Positions 52,425 to 64,000 are shown, numbered from the stretch's first letter. The stretch: 64,000 bases of DNA from Octopus bimaculoides (GCF_001194135.2 NC_068998.1:43912122-43976121), one strand, 5' to 3'. Translations and numbers: made by a program. The notes: generated by a model not told the origin, from the letters alone.

Positions 52425-54116
52425 ACGTCTGTATGTGTATGTGTATATATATATATGTATATATATGTATATGTACACATGTATATATATGTGTGTGTAT
52501 ATGTATATATGTATTTATATATATATATATGTGTGTGTGTGTATATATGTACATGTGTATGTATATGTATGTATATATGTGTACACACACACAAGCACAC
52601 ACTTATAAATTAAAATCATAAAACAAGCATATTCTTTACATATACATATTTATTTCCTGATTGATAAGTTTGTGTGTGATTTTCTGTGTGTGTGCATATA
52701 AACATATAATGCCAGACTGAATCAAATACGCATTATGCCAGATAAACAGGATTGCATACCCAGACCGTTGTTTCGCTTGGTCATTTCTTCGGTCAACCGT
52801 GCAGATTTGGCAGATGGAAGGGAAAAATTAATTTTCGTATGACTCTGCATATTTCCAGTATAAAGTTGCATAATATGTTTTTGATGCACAGAATAAAGAA
52901 AAGCTATAAACACACATGTGTTCACCGGTATATATGTGATTCTCCACTGACCTATTGAATTGTCCAATTACAAAAGTGATGAACAGATTAAATCTTGCAA
53001 CAGTATATCTTTGAACCAATATGTATTAATAGCACAAGTTAAACCTAGACTAAAGTCCATGATTATTTTAATATAGCTATCCAATCAAGGTGGAAAATGG
53101 TATTGTTATTCCTAAATCAGATCAAGACCTCCATGAATTGCCATTCTAAATCACTTCCACTGAGCTTTATTAAAACATTTTACTCGTTCGTACTGATGTA
53201 CCCATTCCATGTATACACACCCCCTTACATTCTATATCAGAATATCGTGATTCGACAAAGTAGAATAATTCTTGGTATTGTTCTTTGGCATTGTCTGGTA
53301 ATCAGTAATGAAGTGTGCTCTCCTAGATATATTCTGCTGAATCAAACTTCTTAGAAAACCATGATGTGGTTTCATGTCTCCCCATAAAAATAACAAAAAA
53401 GCCCAAAAAAAAAACTTATAATAAAAATACAAAGTAATAATTATTAAAATAATGAAATANNNNNNNNNNNNNNNNNNNNNNNNNNNNNNNNNNNNNNNNN
53501 NNNNNNNNNNNNNNNNNNNNNNNNNNNNNNNNNNNNNNNNNNNNNNNNNNNNNNNNNNNNNNNNNNNNNNNNNNNNNNNNNNNNNNNNNNNNNNNNNNNN
53601 NNNNNNNNNNNNNNNNNNNNNNNNNNNNNNNNNNNNNNNNNNNNNNNNNNNNNNTATATAGTCTCTCTAAAGTGCAAGCATCTAAAAGTGGACGTCAAAA
53701 TAATGATAATGATTACACCCGCACACATACAAACCTGTACAAGTGGATGTAAAAATGATGATTATAATAATATATATATATATATATATATACACACTCA
53801 TACATAGACATCTATAAAAAAAAACACAGATACATGCACACATTCACTAATAGATACAAAAACTTGTCTGTGGTGTGTATACATATAACCATGCCTCCAA
53901 ACATATATTTATTTCTATGGACATACACATAGTTCCATACACATTTGTCTTGCATTTAATGTGTGTACGTTGGAGTCCAAATCAGTCTAAAATGGAGAGA
54001 CTAAAGTTGAGTTCAGTGTGTGCTTCTGCTTGCTTTCTTTTTCATTTTGTATATAATCATCGACATACTCTTTTTTTTTTTTTATATATTTATTTTATTC
54101 ACTCAATTTCTAATAG

Positions 54117-54198
54117 ACTGAATGATGTGGAATCCATTACCAGACAATTTTATCTTCTTTCTCAGTGCTCTCAAAAACAACAGGACTTCTTGAAGATG
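54117..54198 (+). CDS. Candidate internal coding exon (82 nt, phase 2 to 0): xLNDVESITRQFYLLSQCSQKQQDFLKM
   Basis: Long pyrimidine tract and TTTCTAATAG acceptor, ATG|GTAAGA donor, only one open frame. Product not recognised. Confidence 0.55.
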
Positions 54199-54522
54199 GT
54201 AAGATAAAGAAATTAAAATAAAAAAACTATCAAGCATTTTGTCTTTTAAAATATCATTATGATTTTATGTATGAAGTTGTTGAAACTGAGTTTTAAGAAA
54301 ATGAATATCACATATGCACTTGCATATATTGTATGTACATAGTGGTATATTAAACTAAAACTGTGAGTGTGTACATATACTTGCACTTATTTCGTGAGAT
54401 ATTTTAGATGCACATAACACATATATTCACACATATTTGTATATATATCTCTCAGTGTATGTGTACATATATATATGTATATGTGTGTATATTTATGTAT
54501 ATGTGAGTGTTTATATACATAC

Positions 54523-54558
<36 letters not shown>

Positions 54559-54764
54559 GAGAGGTATTGGTATCCAGAAGACCCAAGGTGGCAGGTAATG
54601 CTATGTAAGTGCTATGAAAGGACTGTAGTTAAACTTTCGGTTCAATAATGATATGAGTGTGGAGTCTAATGCACTTCTTTTATGAGCATGTATATGTTAA
54701 TTAAAATGAGATAACAAAACCATGGTTGTGTGAAATATTCAGGACATTTATAAAGAGAAAGTTA

Positions 54765-54812
54765 GTCTTACAGCTGTTTCTGGCATATTAGGGATATCCC
54801 TTCATCAGAGGC
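54765..54812 (-). ncRNA. Type I hammerhead motif (left arm)
   Basis: Minus strand: GCCU-CUGAUGA-A-GGGAUAU(CCCUA)AUAUGCC-A-GAAA-CAGCUG-UA-AGAC. Palindromic stem III ACAGCUGU, GUA triplet. One mismatch each in stems I and II. Confidence 0.6.
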
Positions 54813-55013
54813 GATGTATGATGGTTAAATAGAGGGAAACATTAGCGTTCAAAATGAGGAGAATATTAGAGTTCTATAACATTTTTATACACTTTTATTT
54901 TTATTTCTAAATTTATTCTCCTATTTCCCTACATACTCCTCATTTGCTTCTTTTTCCAAAATAACTCCTCATATTGAACGCTAATATTTCCCTCTATTTA
55001 AGCATCATACATC

Positions 55014-55061
55014 GTCTCTGATGAAGGGATATCCCTAATATCCCAGAAACAGCCATAAGAC
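55014..55061 (+). ncRNA. Type I hammerhead motif (right arm)
   Basis: GUCU-CUGAUGA-A-GGGAUAU(CCCUA)AUAUCCC-A-GAAA-CAGCCA-UA-AGAC. Stems I and II perfect, stem III disrupted. Confidence 0.55.
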
Positions 55062-55621
55062 TAACTTTCTCTTTTTAAATGTCCTGAAAATTCCACACAA
55101 CCATGGCCTTGTTGTCTCATTTTATTTAACATATATATATATATGTATATATGTGTGTGTGTGTGCATATGTATATGTTTATATACAAAAATATGCGTAT
55201 ATATGTGTATGTACATGCATGTATGTATATATATGTATATGTGTATACACACTAAATTAAGACCAATTACGCATGGGATCTGTTATAGGCTGATAGCATT
55301 GTTGTTATAGCTTTAGTAGTATTAGAAAACTAATTTTAGAATGTGGAAGCAAAACCTCAGACCAAAGGGCCTAAAAGTTAACTTAGCAGAAACCAAAGTC
55401 TTAGTAAGAAAATAGTGAAGACAGTGTTCCCATCAGAGAAATGGTCTTGCTTACTATATAGAAGAGGCTTGATAGAAACTCTATGCTTCTCAAATTCTCA
55501 TCTCAAGGGTTTCGTATTATTCTGCAATGCAAATAGCACTTTACACAGACATTTCACTTTCGCTCATAGTCGATTTCAAAACAATCCTCAACCAAATAGC
55601 TAGAATTAGCACAACACTATT

Positions 55622-56061
55622 CTCTTTTACTTTTTACTCTTTTACTTGTTTGAGTCATTTGACTGTGGCCATGTTGGAGCACCGCCTTTAGTCGAGCAAT
55701 TTGACCCCAGGACATTCTTTGTAAGCCTAGTACTTATTCTATCGGTGTCTTTTGCCGAACCGGTATGTTACGAGGACGTAAACACACCACCATCAGTTGT
55801 CAAGCGATGTTGGGGTGGGGGGACAAACACAGACACACAAATACATATGCACACATACATAAATGTATACACACACACACACATATACATATATACGACG
55901 GGCTTCTTTCAGTTTCTGTCTACCAAATCCACTCACAAGGCTTTGGTCGGCCTGAAGCTATAGTAGAAGACACTTGCCCAAGGTGCCACGCAGTGGGAAT
56001 GAACCCGGAACCATGTGGTTGGTAAGCAATCTACTTACCACACAGCCACTCCTGCGCCTAT
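55622..56061 (-). mobile_element. S1 SINE, young (many CpGs intact)
   Basis: Full-length reverse-complement match. Confidence 0.9.
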
Positions 56062-56125
56062 AGCTTATTTTCTTCAAAGTAAACTTCAGTTCTTCAGATT
56101 ATATTTCTTTGCTTTGTATATCCAG

Positions 56126-56318
56126 CTATTCTGACAAATTATCATCTAATTCTTCAGTAGATAGGCCATCTCTTTCATTCCTGTCAACAGTTAATTCCGT
56201 GATATCATCTTCTCTAACAAATATCAAATCCACATCATGACTATGAGAGGAGGAAGTCAATGGTAACAAAGAAAGTAGAACATCAATTACAAGTGGCTCA
56301 AGGGAGAATGAGTGATGA
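56126..56318 (-). CDS. Candidate minus-strand terminal exon (63 aa, acidic tail ...DVDLIFVREDDITELTVDRNERDGLSTEELDDNLSE*)
   Basis: CCCTTTCTGTCCTGCCAG acceptor, open frame to TAG, non-repetitive sequence. Confidence 0.28.
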
Positions 56319-56559
56319 CTGGCAGGACAGAAAGGGTAGTGATATATGTTGTAATAAGTTCTAATGTCATTGTAAAATAACACAGTAGATACAAAGAGAA
56401 GCAATGGAGAGCTGCACTATTAGGAAGTGGGGGAGGGGACGTAGGTGTAGACTTGATAGGGATGTATTGGACAAAGGATGCAGATGTGTACATACATATT
56501 ATGTCTCCAACCTCCATTACTACCATCAATTTTGATGGATTCATATGTGCCCTCAAGTT

Positions 56560-56703
56560 CTTTCAGAACTGCATGTTACCCATCATCACTGACATTTATA
56601 TTCTCCTCCATGAGGATCAACGTCCTAAGATAAGTTTTCATAACTTCATTCCACCTCTTTTTAGGTTTTTCTCTTTCACAGGTTCCATCTAGTGTAAGCA
56701 ATT
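56560..56703 (-). mobile_element. RTE-type LINE C-terminal fragment
   Basis: LLTLDGTCEREKPKKRWNEVMKTYLRTL resembles the RTE C-terminal motif G.RGRP.K.W.E.V..DL. Confidence 0.55.
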
Positions 56704-56709
56704 TTGTGT

Positions 56710-57085
56710 GGCAGCGCAATGGCCCAGTGGTTAGGGCAGCGGACTCACGATCGTAGGATCGCGGTTTCAATTCCCAGACCAGGCGTTGTGAGTGTTTATT
56801 GAGCGAAAGCACCTAAAGCTCCACGAGGCTCCGGCAGGCGATGGTGGCAAACCCTGCTGTACTCTTCCACCACAACTTTCTTTCACTCTTTCTTCCTGTT
56901 TCTGTTGTACCTGTATTTCAAAGGGCCAGCCTTGTCATACTCTGTGTCACACTGAATCTCCCTGAGGACTACGTTAAGGGTACACGTCTGTGGAGTGCTC
57001 AGCCACTTGCACGTTAATTTTACGAGCAGGCTGTTCTGTTGATCGGATCAACTGGAACCCTCGTCCTTGTAACCGACAGAGTGCC
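56710..57085 (+). mobile_element. SINE family S4, young and CpG-rich, tRNA-like head
   Basis: GCGCAATGGCCCAGTGGTTAGGGCAGCGGACTC..GGTTTCAATTCCC head. Abuts the RTE fragment. Confidence 0.7.
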
Positions 57086-57120
57086 ATCATCATCAAAGCA
57101 AACTGTACTTCCTTATGCAG

Positions 57121-57237
57121 CTATTCTCAGCAATATGGAACATGTCCGCATCAATGCAGTTTTCGCTTTTACATACTACATCTGCTTCTTCTGAAACCCA
57201 GCTTTCTCTCTTACACTTGCCGCAAACAATATATCTT
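57121..57237 (+). CDS. Candidate exon (117 nt, phase 0 to 0): LFSAIWNMSASMQFSLLHTTSASSETQLSLLHLPQTIYL
   Basis: CTGTACTTCCTTATGCAG acceptor, phase-compatible with 54198, weak donor GTAGTT. Competing antisense reading. Confidence 0.25.
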
Positions 57238-58059
57238 GTAGTTTGGCAGCTTTATTCGATTTGATATGAGAAAATAAATGAGATAAAAATACTCTATTTG
57301 AAAAAACCGTTTTGGATTAATGACAGGAAAAGTATTCAGCCATAGATTTCTTACTGATTGAGTAAATCTCAACCAACCCATGTCAGAATAGAACAAAGAT
57401 TACCAAAACATGTGAATGATAAGGAGAAGCATGAGGATACATACGTTTGTGTGTGTGTGTATATATATATGATAAAAATAAAAGATTCCAAACAAGTCTA
57501 AGTAAATTAATCAGGTCTGTTAAAGACAGAAACAAAGTCTATACTGTCTGTTGGGAATTAATTAGTGCTGCAAAACCATACAAACCAGGAACTAATAAAT
57601 ATGACCTTTGTTTAGAAGAATTTTAGCAAATTTTTACATCTAAGGGAAATATAATAAATTCTAGACAGGAACAAATTGTAAGAGGCTTGCACGTGAGAAA
57701 ATTCACCTTTGCTCAGTATAAATGACTAACAAACATTTAAACATGCTTTGAAGTAACAGGCTATAAGTGATTGTCCAATCAAAACTTGATTTGAAGATAG
57801 CTCATGTCTAAATTAATGAACAATTCCATATTATACAACGCGGAGTTGATAAGTGAAAAACTTTAAACGGTTAAATCGAATGATATTTAAGTGAAAACTC
57901 TAAAGATACTGCACCAGTATAGTAGTAGGATTGCAATTACCCTTGTTACTAAATGATGCAGTTGAAACATGTGTAGGTTTATGTAAAGCTGTATATATAA
58001 AAAGGAATTAAAGGTAATGTTATGCCACTTTGTAATAATCCTTATTATTATTATTATTG

Positions 58060-58124
<65 letters not shown>

Positions 58125-58298
58125 CGAGGGGGTACTGAAAAGTACTGGTTGGAGGCCCCCAACCTTCCAAGTTCTTTTACAGAGCTTAGGAAACCTAAAG
58201 GACCACTGCAATAAGAGTGGATTTGAGAAGGGAATATACTGAATAGAATCATAATTAACTGATCCTTCTGTATTTTCTGGAACTTTGCAGCACCCCCT

Positions 58299-58300
<2 letters not shown>
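58125..58300 (+). mobile_element. Internally deleted, non-autonomous mariner (MITE) inside a (CA)n tract
   Basis: TIRs CGAGGGGGTACTGAAAAGT and TGAGGGGGTGCTGCAAAGT (minus). TA at 58301-58302. Internal CACTGCAATAAG segment resembles the 3' end of the transposase at about 8340. Confidence 0.7.
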
Positions 58301-58338
<38 letters not shown>

Positions 58339-58511
58339 ATCATTATCATTGCTTTACTATCTATGTTTTCATACTTGCATCAGTGAGCTATAAGACATCA
58401 TTGAAACAGATTTTTCTGTAACTGAATGCTTTTACTGTTACAAACCATAATCTATTTTCTGACAAAGCAATATTTCTCTTAGTCTTTTGAACAATAAACA
58501 GCCCAGATATG

Positions 58512-58870
58512 TGCTGGTATAGTTGTGTGGTAAGAAGCTTGCTTCTCAACCACATGTTTCTGGGTTCAATCTCATTCCATAGTACCTTTAGCAAATGTCT
58601 TCTGCTATAACATGGGGTTGACCAAAGCCTTGTGAGTCGATTTGGTAGATGGAAACTGAAATAAGCCGATCATATGTATGTGTGTGTGGATGTATGTGTG
58701 CGTGTGTTTTGCCATCCACCTTGGCGTTGTTTTGTTTGCATCTGCGTAACCTAGCATTTCAGCCAAAGAGACTGATAGAATAAGTACTGGTGTTTATTTG
58801 TTCAATTAAAAACCTTCAAGGTGGTGTCCCAGCATGGCCACAGTCTGAAAACTGAAAAGTAAAAGCTAAA
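58512..58870 (+). mobile_element. S1 SINE
   Basis: Full-length match. Confidence 0.8.
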
Positions 58871-59174
58871 AGAATAAGAATAAGAAAAAGAAAACAAATA
58901 TATTAACTCTACATGATCTGTGGAAGATTTCATTTAGTTGGTAGTAACATTGCATTGATGTTAGATTGAATATGGACGCCAGTAGTAGGAAAACTGCTAT
59001 AAATATTAAAAAATAAATTTCTGAATTTCTGTCTTGACAGTTGATAACTTTCTGGAAGCATCTGTTATGTCATTGCAAAGATAATAGGTATTGGTCTCAA
59101 GAATAAATTACTGTTTATCTCATTTTTGTAGACAAATTTGTTGCTTACGCCTGCTTAATGAATCATTTTTACAG

Positions 59175-59240
59175 TTAGAGAATTTGTAGTGGCTGGCTGG
59201 TGTTCTACAAATGAGAAATGTCTTATGAAGTATCCATTTA
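59175..59240 (+). CDS. Candidate exon (66 nt, phase 1 to 1): xREFVVAGWCSTNEKCLMKYPF
   Basis: TTTTTACAG acceptor, TA|GTAAGA donor, single open frame. Confidence 0.3.
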
Positions 59241-59739
59241 GTAAGATTCTGAAAACGTGCTCGATAAGTTATGTTTTAGCTGCAATAGATTTTCTTTGAC
59301 AATTGTTATGTTATGGTGTACATCTTATCAATTTATTTTGTGTGCTGTTCTAAATTAGGTTATATTTCATGAGGAATCAATATGAAATGAAGGTGCCGGG
59401 ACATAAACATGTAGTATGCAGTAGGATAGATAATCTGGGAAAGGTAGAAGAGGGGACAACATTTTGGATTCTGTGTAGATTACATTATAATGTGATTGGT
59501 TGAGGCAGACACCTTAATCGGCATGATTTTATATCTCTTCTTCCTTTCATATACAAGCATACATGCATGCACCCACAATTACATGTGCATTCCTGAATAC
59601 ACTTGCAAAATCATTTACAAGCACAAACACTATTGTATAAATGAATGCCATCAAAACATCTTTTATGTTTTTGTTCATCTTAGAAATAATTGCTAAATTT
59701 TCAGCTGGTGCAGTTGTCTGGTATGAAGCTTAATTCCAA

Positions 59740-59844
59740 ATCATGTGGTTCTGGGTTCAGCCTCACTGCATGGCCCCATGGGCAAGTGTCTTCTACCATA
59801 GCCTTGGGCCAACCAAAGCTTTGTGAAACTGAAAAAAAACCCAT

Positions 59845-59883
<39 letters not shown>

Positions 59884-60115
59884 ATATGCATGTATATATC
59901 CATGTGTGCATGTCTTTGTGCTTTTGTCCCTCACCACCTCTTGACAACTGGTGTTGTGTTTATGTCCCTGTAACTTAGCTGTTCAGCAAAAGAGACCGAT
60001 AAAATAAGTACCAGGCTTAAAAAATAAATTCAACACCGGGAATGATTCATTTAACTGAAACCCTTCTAGGCAGTGCCCCAGCATGGCCACAGTCTAATGA
60101 CTATAACAAGTAAAA
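59740..60115 (+). mobile_element. S1 SINE
   Basis: Head, body and tail match. Confidence 0.8.
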
Positions 60116-60134
60116 TATCAAAGGTAAACTTCAA

Positions 60135-60290
60135 CCGATCAACTCCAGTGTTTAACTGATATTTATTTTATTGACCTCAAAAGGGTGAAGGGCAAAGTTT
60201 ACCTCAGCAGAATTTGAACTCAGAACATAAAGATGGAGAAAATACTGCTAAGCATTTTGCCCAGTGTACTAATGATTCTGCCAGTTTAAT
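60135..60290 (-). mobile_element. S2 SINE
   Basis: Reverse-complement match. Confidence 0.75.
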
Positions 60291-61153
60291 GCCTTAGTCA
60301 GGATGAATATTGGCTATTGAAATAATAAAGTTATTGATTTCTATCATAGGTATTGGGCCACAGCCTTTGTTGATGGTGAGATATATTTAAAAACAGCACT
60401 CCTTCTTCATTTATTGAACTGTGGTTGGATAAAAGACAATGTTGACTCAAGCAGGATTTGATCTCAGAGTCTAACTACTAAGACATAATTATTTCCAAAG
60501 TAATTAATTAAAATAAGATTTCTTCCATCTGTTCAATTAATTCAGTTTGTCAAAAATTGCCATGCCATAAATTGACATTTAAAAAAAATTTTAGAAGTAA
60601 AATAGCAAAAATAAACATATTTAATTAGTATTAGGATGAAAACGAACTGATATCTATTTATCTATCTTTTTATCTCTCTCCATCTGTCCTTCTTTGTACA
60701 CACATATATAAACACACACATGCATATATATTTGTGTGTATATGTGTATTTGTGTATACATACAAACATTTATATATAACACACACATGTATGTGTGTAT
60801 ACATGCACATATGCAATTATGCATACACACAGACATATGCACACATATAATATTGTTTAAAGTACAAGTAAATGCTATGTAATACAACACAGCAACAACT
60901 TGAAGCGTCATATCTTTGGAAAAGTAATGAGAAATATTAACTGAGGATAAAGTCCTGTGATTTTGCAGCAGATACAAGATTACTGAAGTATATTGTATTT
61001 CTTAGATCATTAACTTCATCTGTTGTGTTCAATTCTCTATAAACTGATCAGCAGAAAATATCTAAAATAGAATTGCAAAATGTTAAGTTAGTTGTCCTGA
61101 AATTATAAACTACCTCAAATGTATCAGATCTGACTGACTGAAATGTAATGTTG

Positions 61154-61192
<39 letters not shown>

Positions 61193-61195
<3 letters not shown>

Positions 61196-61320
61196 AAATA
61201 TACATTTTCAAGATGAGGCTTGTAGTCGGATTAATCATAATCTTAATAAAATATAAGTAGCTCATGTCATAATTTTAGATATATAATGAATTGTATCTTT
61301 ATTTTCTATAATAAGATTGA

Positions 61321-61369
<49 letters not shown>

Positions 61370-61494
61370 AAATATACATTTTCAAGATGAGGCTTGTAGT
61401 CGGATTAATCATAATCTTAATAAAATATAAGTAGCTCATGTCATAATTTTAGATATATAATGAATTGTATCTTTATTTTCTATAATAAGATTGA

Positions 61495-61495
<1 letters not shown>
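61193..61495 (+). repeat. Exact 129-bp direct duplication (61193-61321, 61367-61495) between (TA)n tracts
   Basis: Identical by eye. Confidence 0.9.
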
Positions 61496-61540
<45 letters not shown>

Positions 61541-61542
<2 letters not shown>

Positions 61543-61685
61543 GTGTGACTATTCTTCCCAACCACAACGTTCCAAGTTCAGTCCCACTGCATGGCACCTT
61601 GGGCAGGTGTCTACTACTAAAGCCTTGGACCAATCGAAGTCTTGTTAGTAAATTTGGTAGACAGAAACTGAAAGATGCCTGTTGA
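61541..61685 (+). mobile_element. S1 SINE, left half
   Basis: Head and body up to GAAACTGAAAGA. Confidence 0.75.
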
Positions 61686-61695
61686 ATATATATAT

Positions 61696-61726
<31 letters not shown>

Positions 61727-61894
61727 GTATATGTATGTATATATATATGCATATACTCAATATAAAATAGTGTACATTGAAACACAAGAGAAAATGCCTT
61801 CAACAGTCAGTTTTACACGCTAGAAGAAGTAGTCAAAATGACCAAAACCACATTTAAGAGCAGTTTTGAAGGGAATGAAAAATAAAAACTTTAA

Positions 61895-62216
61895 CCTTGT
61901 TGTTTTATTATGGTCAGACCTAGGTTTCAAATTTTTTAGCAAATAAAATAATTTGCTAGGCGAAATTCTCATCACTGACTGTGCCACAACATTAACATAT
62001 AATTAAGAGACAAATAACACGTGTCTCATTATTTTACATTATAATTTTTCAAATTCACCATGCAAGCACACTTCCAGTCGGCTTTTTGATGACGTGCGTT
62101 TAATTTTATAATGACATTATAGGGTATGTGTGAAAGCACGTATCTGGACAGTTTGGACGTAAAAAATGGTAGGTACAATATTTTGGCCAGCTGTGGTCGA
62201 TTTGAACGCTAAAGGT
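61895..62216 (-). mobile_element. TTAA-flanked MITE related to P1
   Basis: TTAA at 61891-61894 and 62217-62220. The minus-strand start CCTTTAGCGTTCAAA resembles the P1 left end. Confidence 0.45.
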
Positions 62217-62615
62217 TTAAATAGCTACCGTATAAATTCTATTCACCATATTTTGTGCCCTGTGATATTCACTAGATTCCATATTTAAAACATCCTTTGA
62301 AGGGTAGACAATTCTGTGAAGTATAACTGCAATCAACTGCAGAGTAATGGTTGGTTGAGCAGAACAAACAGTTCTATGTGCATGGCATAAAGCAACTGCA
62401 CCATCAATACAAGTAATGCATTGAAGTTTGCATTGACTTTACTTCTGAATGAGATATTTGTTGAGACAAAGTGATAAAAAATATATGAAAGTAATTTTTT
62501 TTTTACTCTCATGTCATTAAATATGCCAACATTTAAAACTTTATAAATACTTATTTGAAAAATGCATGCATGCACATACACATATGCTCGGGCATGTACA
62601 TACATTGATATAGGC

Positions 62616-63042
62616 ACGACTGTGTGGTAAGAGGTTATTTCCTAACACCATGATTCTGGGTTGAGGCCCACTGCGTGGCACCTGCTATAGCCTCAGGCCA
62701 ACCAAAGCCTTCTGTGTGGACTTGGTAGACAGAAACTGAAAGAAGCCCGTCGTATATACATGTGCATATATCTTTGTGTCTGTGTTTGTCCCCTCAACAC
62801 CACATGACAACCGATGTTGGTGCGTTTACATCCCCATTACTTAGTGGTTCGGCAAAAAGAAACTGATAGAATGAGTGCTAGGATTAAAAAATAAATCCTG
62901 ATGTCTCTTTGTTTGACTACAACCTTTCAAGGCTTTGGTCAGCCCAAAGCTACAGTTGAAGACATTTGACCAAGGAGCCACACAGTAGGACTGAACCTGA
63001 AACCATGTGGTCAGGAAGCAAGCTACTTAGCACACAGCCACA
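62616..63042. mobile_element. S1 SINE (+, 62616-62925) followed by an inverted S1 head (-, 62931-63042)
   Basis: Both segments match S1, in opposite orientations. Confidence 0.75.
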
Positions 63043-63488
63043 ACAGCACACATGTATGTACTACTGGCTCATGTAAGCATGGAAAAGTTAATGGTAAATG
63101 ATAATGTTTTTATATATATGCTTATATATATATATATATATATATATAGATAGATAGATATAGATAGAGGGAGAGAGCGAGAGTGAGATGTGCATACATA
63201 ATGTGTTTATATCTATATATATGTATTAATAGATGCATTGTGTGCCAATGTGAATATGTGTGTGTCTGTATGGGTATGCGCACAAATAGACAGAAAAATA
63301 GATAATTTTCCGTTCTTATTTGCTACAGAGCAATGCTAAAGAAAATGAAAACACACTTTCATTATTTGCTTTATAGAAAACATTGACTCCTCCAATTCAT
63401 TGTCCTACACTGTCAAGAATTTGAGAAATTTCACACTTGAATGCTTTTGCTGACAGAACTTATCTATGGAAGTTAATTATTTGTCTGA

Positions 63489-63757
63489 GAAATCCCTGAT
63501 CTGCCTATCACAAAAGTACTGCTAATGATCACAAAAAGGACTGCATTTATTGGCTTGAATGATGCTCTATCTTCTATTTATCATCAACTGATGCCATTTA
63601 TCAGTTACTTTAAAACTCTACAAGACCAAGAACTCCACAAACTTGCGCTGTTCTCTGTTTGGCTTCTCTTTTGTAGAAGAATGGTTCCATTCAGTGTCAA
63701 TGCTACTATGGTACACAAAAGGCACACAACAGATTTTCCAGTGATAATGACTTCCTC

Positions 63758-63765
<8 letters not shown>
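63489..63765 (+). CDS. Open, protein-like frame: EIPDLPITKVLLMITKRTAFIGLNDALSSIYHQLMPFISYFKTLQDQELHKLALFSVWLLFCRRM...
   Basis: About 90 sense codons in non-repetitive DNA. No convincing acceptor found. Confidence 0.2.
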
Positions 63766-63799
<34 letters not shown>

Positions 63800-64000
63800 T
63801 AATAATAATAAATTGGATTTGTAATTAGGAAGATAAAGGTTAGCACTTGGCTGAATATGATTGTAAGTAGCTATTATCCTCTGCACAGGTTCCATTAATG
63901 TTCTCATCCCCAGGAGGCCAAAGACTTAGATTGGCATCTTCCTGTGAACAACATGTTGTGATTCTTCAGTTTGAATGATATGCTCAGCATTGATGTCCAA

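Larger units (their letters stand above)
54691..55135. mobile_element. Inverted-repeat element (about 171-bp arms, about 103-bp spacer), second hammerhead-bearing family
   Basis: Arms 54691-54861 and 54965-55135 are reverse complements with scattered mismatches. Set in TA-rich sequence. Confidence 0.8.

Noticed and set aside
52760-52800. Minus-strand CCGAAGA...GAAAC-AACG-GUC hammerhead look-alike
   Set aside because: Stems I and II do not pair and the core has U4>C.
56129-56340. Plus frame with four in-frame TGA (UxU, UU) as a selenoprotein P-like segment
   Set aside because: No SelP-like Cys context and no SECIS seen. The TGAs are explained by Ser-His runs in the minus frame.
56710-56780. 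tRNA gene
   Set aside because: tRNA-like SINE head continuing into a SINE body, with no complete cloverleaf or terminator.
608-63907. Most ORF-track entries ([12 protein letters not shown], poly-I/N, poly-X)
   Set aside because: Translations of microsatellites and N gaps.

Overview
Eukaryotic, AT-rich, microsatellite-dense genomic DNA with N gaps. The SINE families match those I recognise from Octopus (coleoid cephalopod); the species call is inference. The window is mostly intronic or intergenic repeat DNA. It holds four tRNA-type SINE families, a near full-length DD34D mariner fossil, several MITEs (TA- and TTAA-flanked), R4/Dong-like restriction-like-endonuclease (RLE) retrotransposon fragments, and an RTE fragment. 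No ORF in the supplied track is a recognisable gene; most are microsatellite translations. Splice-site scanning suggests small exons of an unidentified plus-strand gene (best: 54117-54198, 47305-47444, 6690-6776), with competing minus-strand readings in places. The most notable signal is two unrelated palindromic elements whose arms each carry a type I minimal hammerhead ribozyme motif pointing outward. One (34275-34813) has tRNA-like Pol III heads at its centre and an 11-bp target-site duplication around the whole palindrome. The other is at 54691-55135. All alignments and folds were done by eye, and repeat boundaries are approximate.
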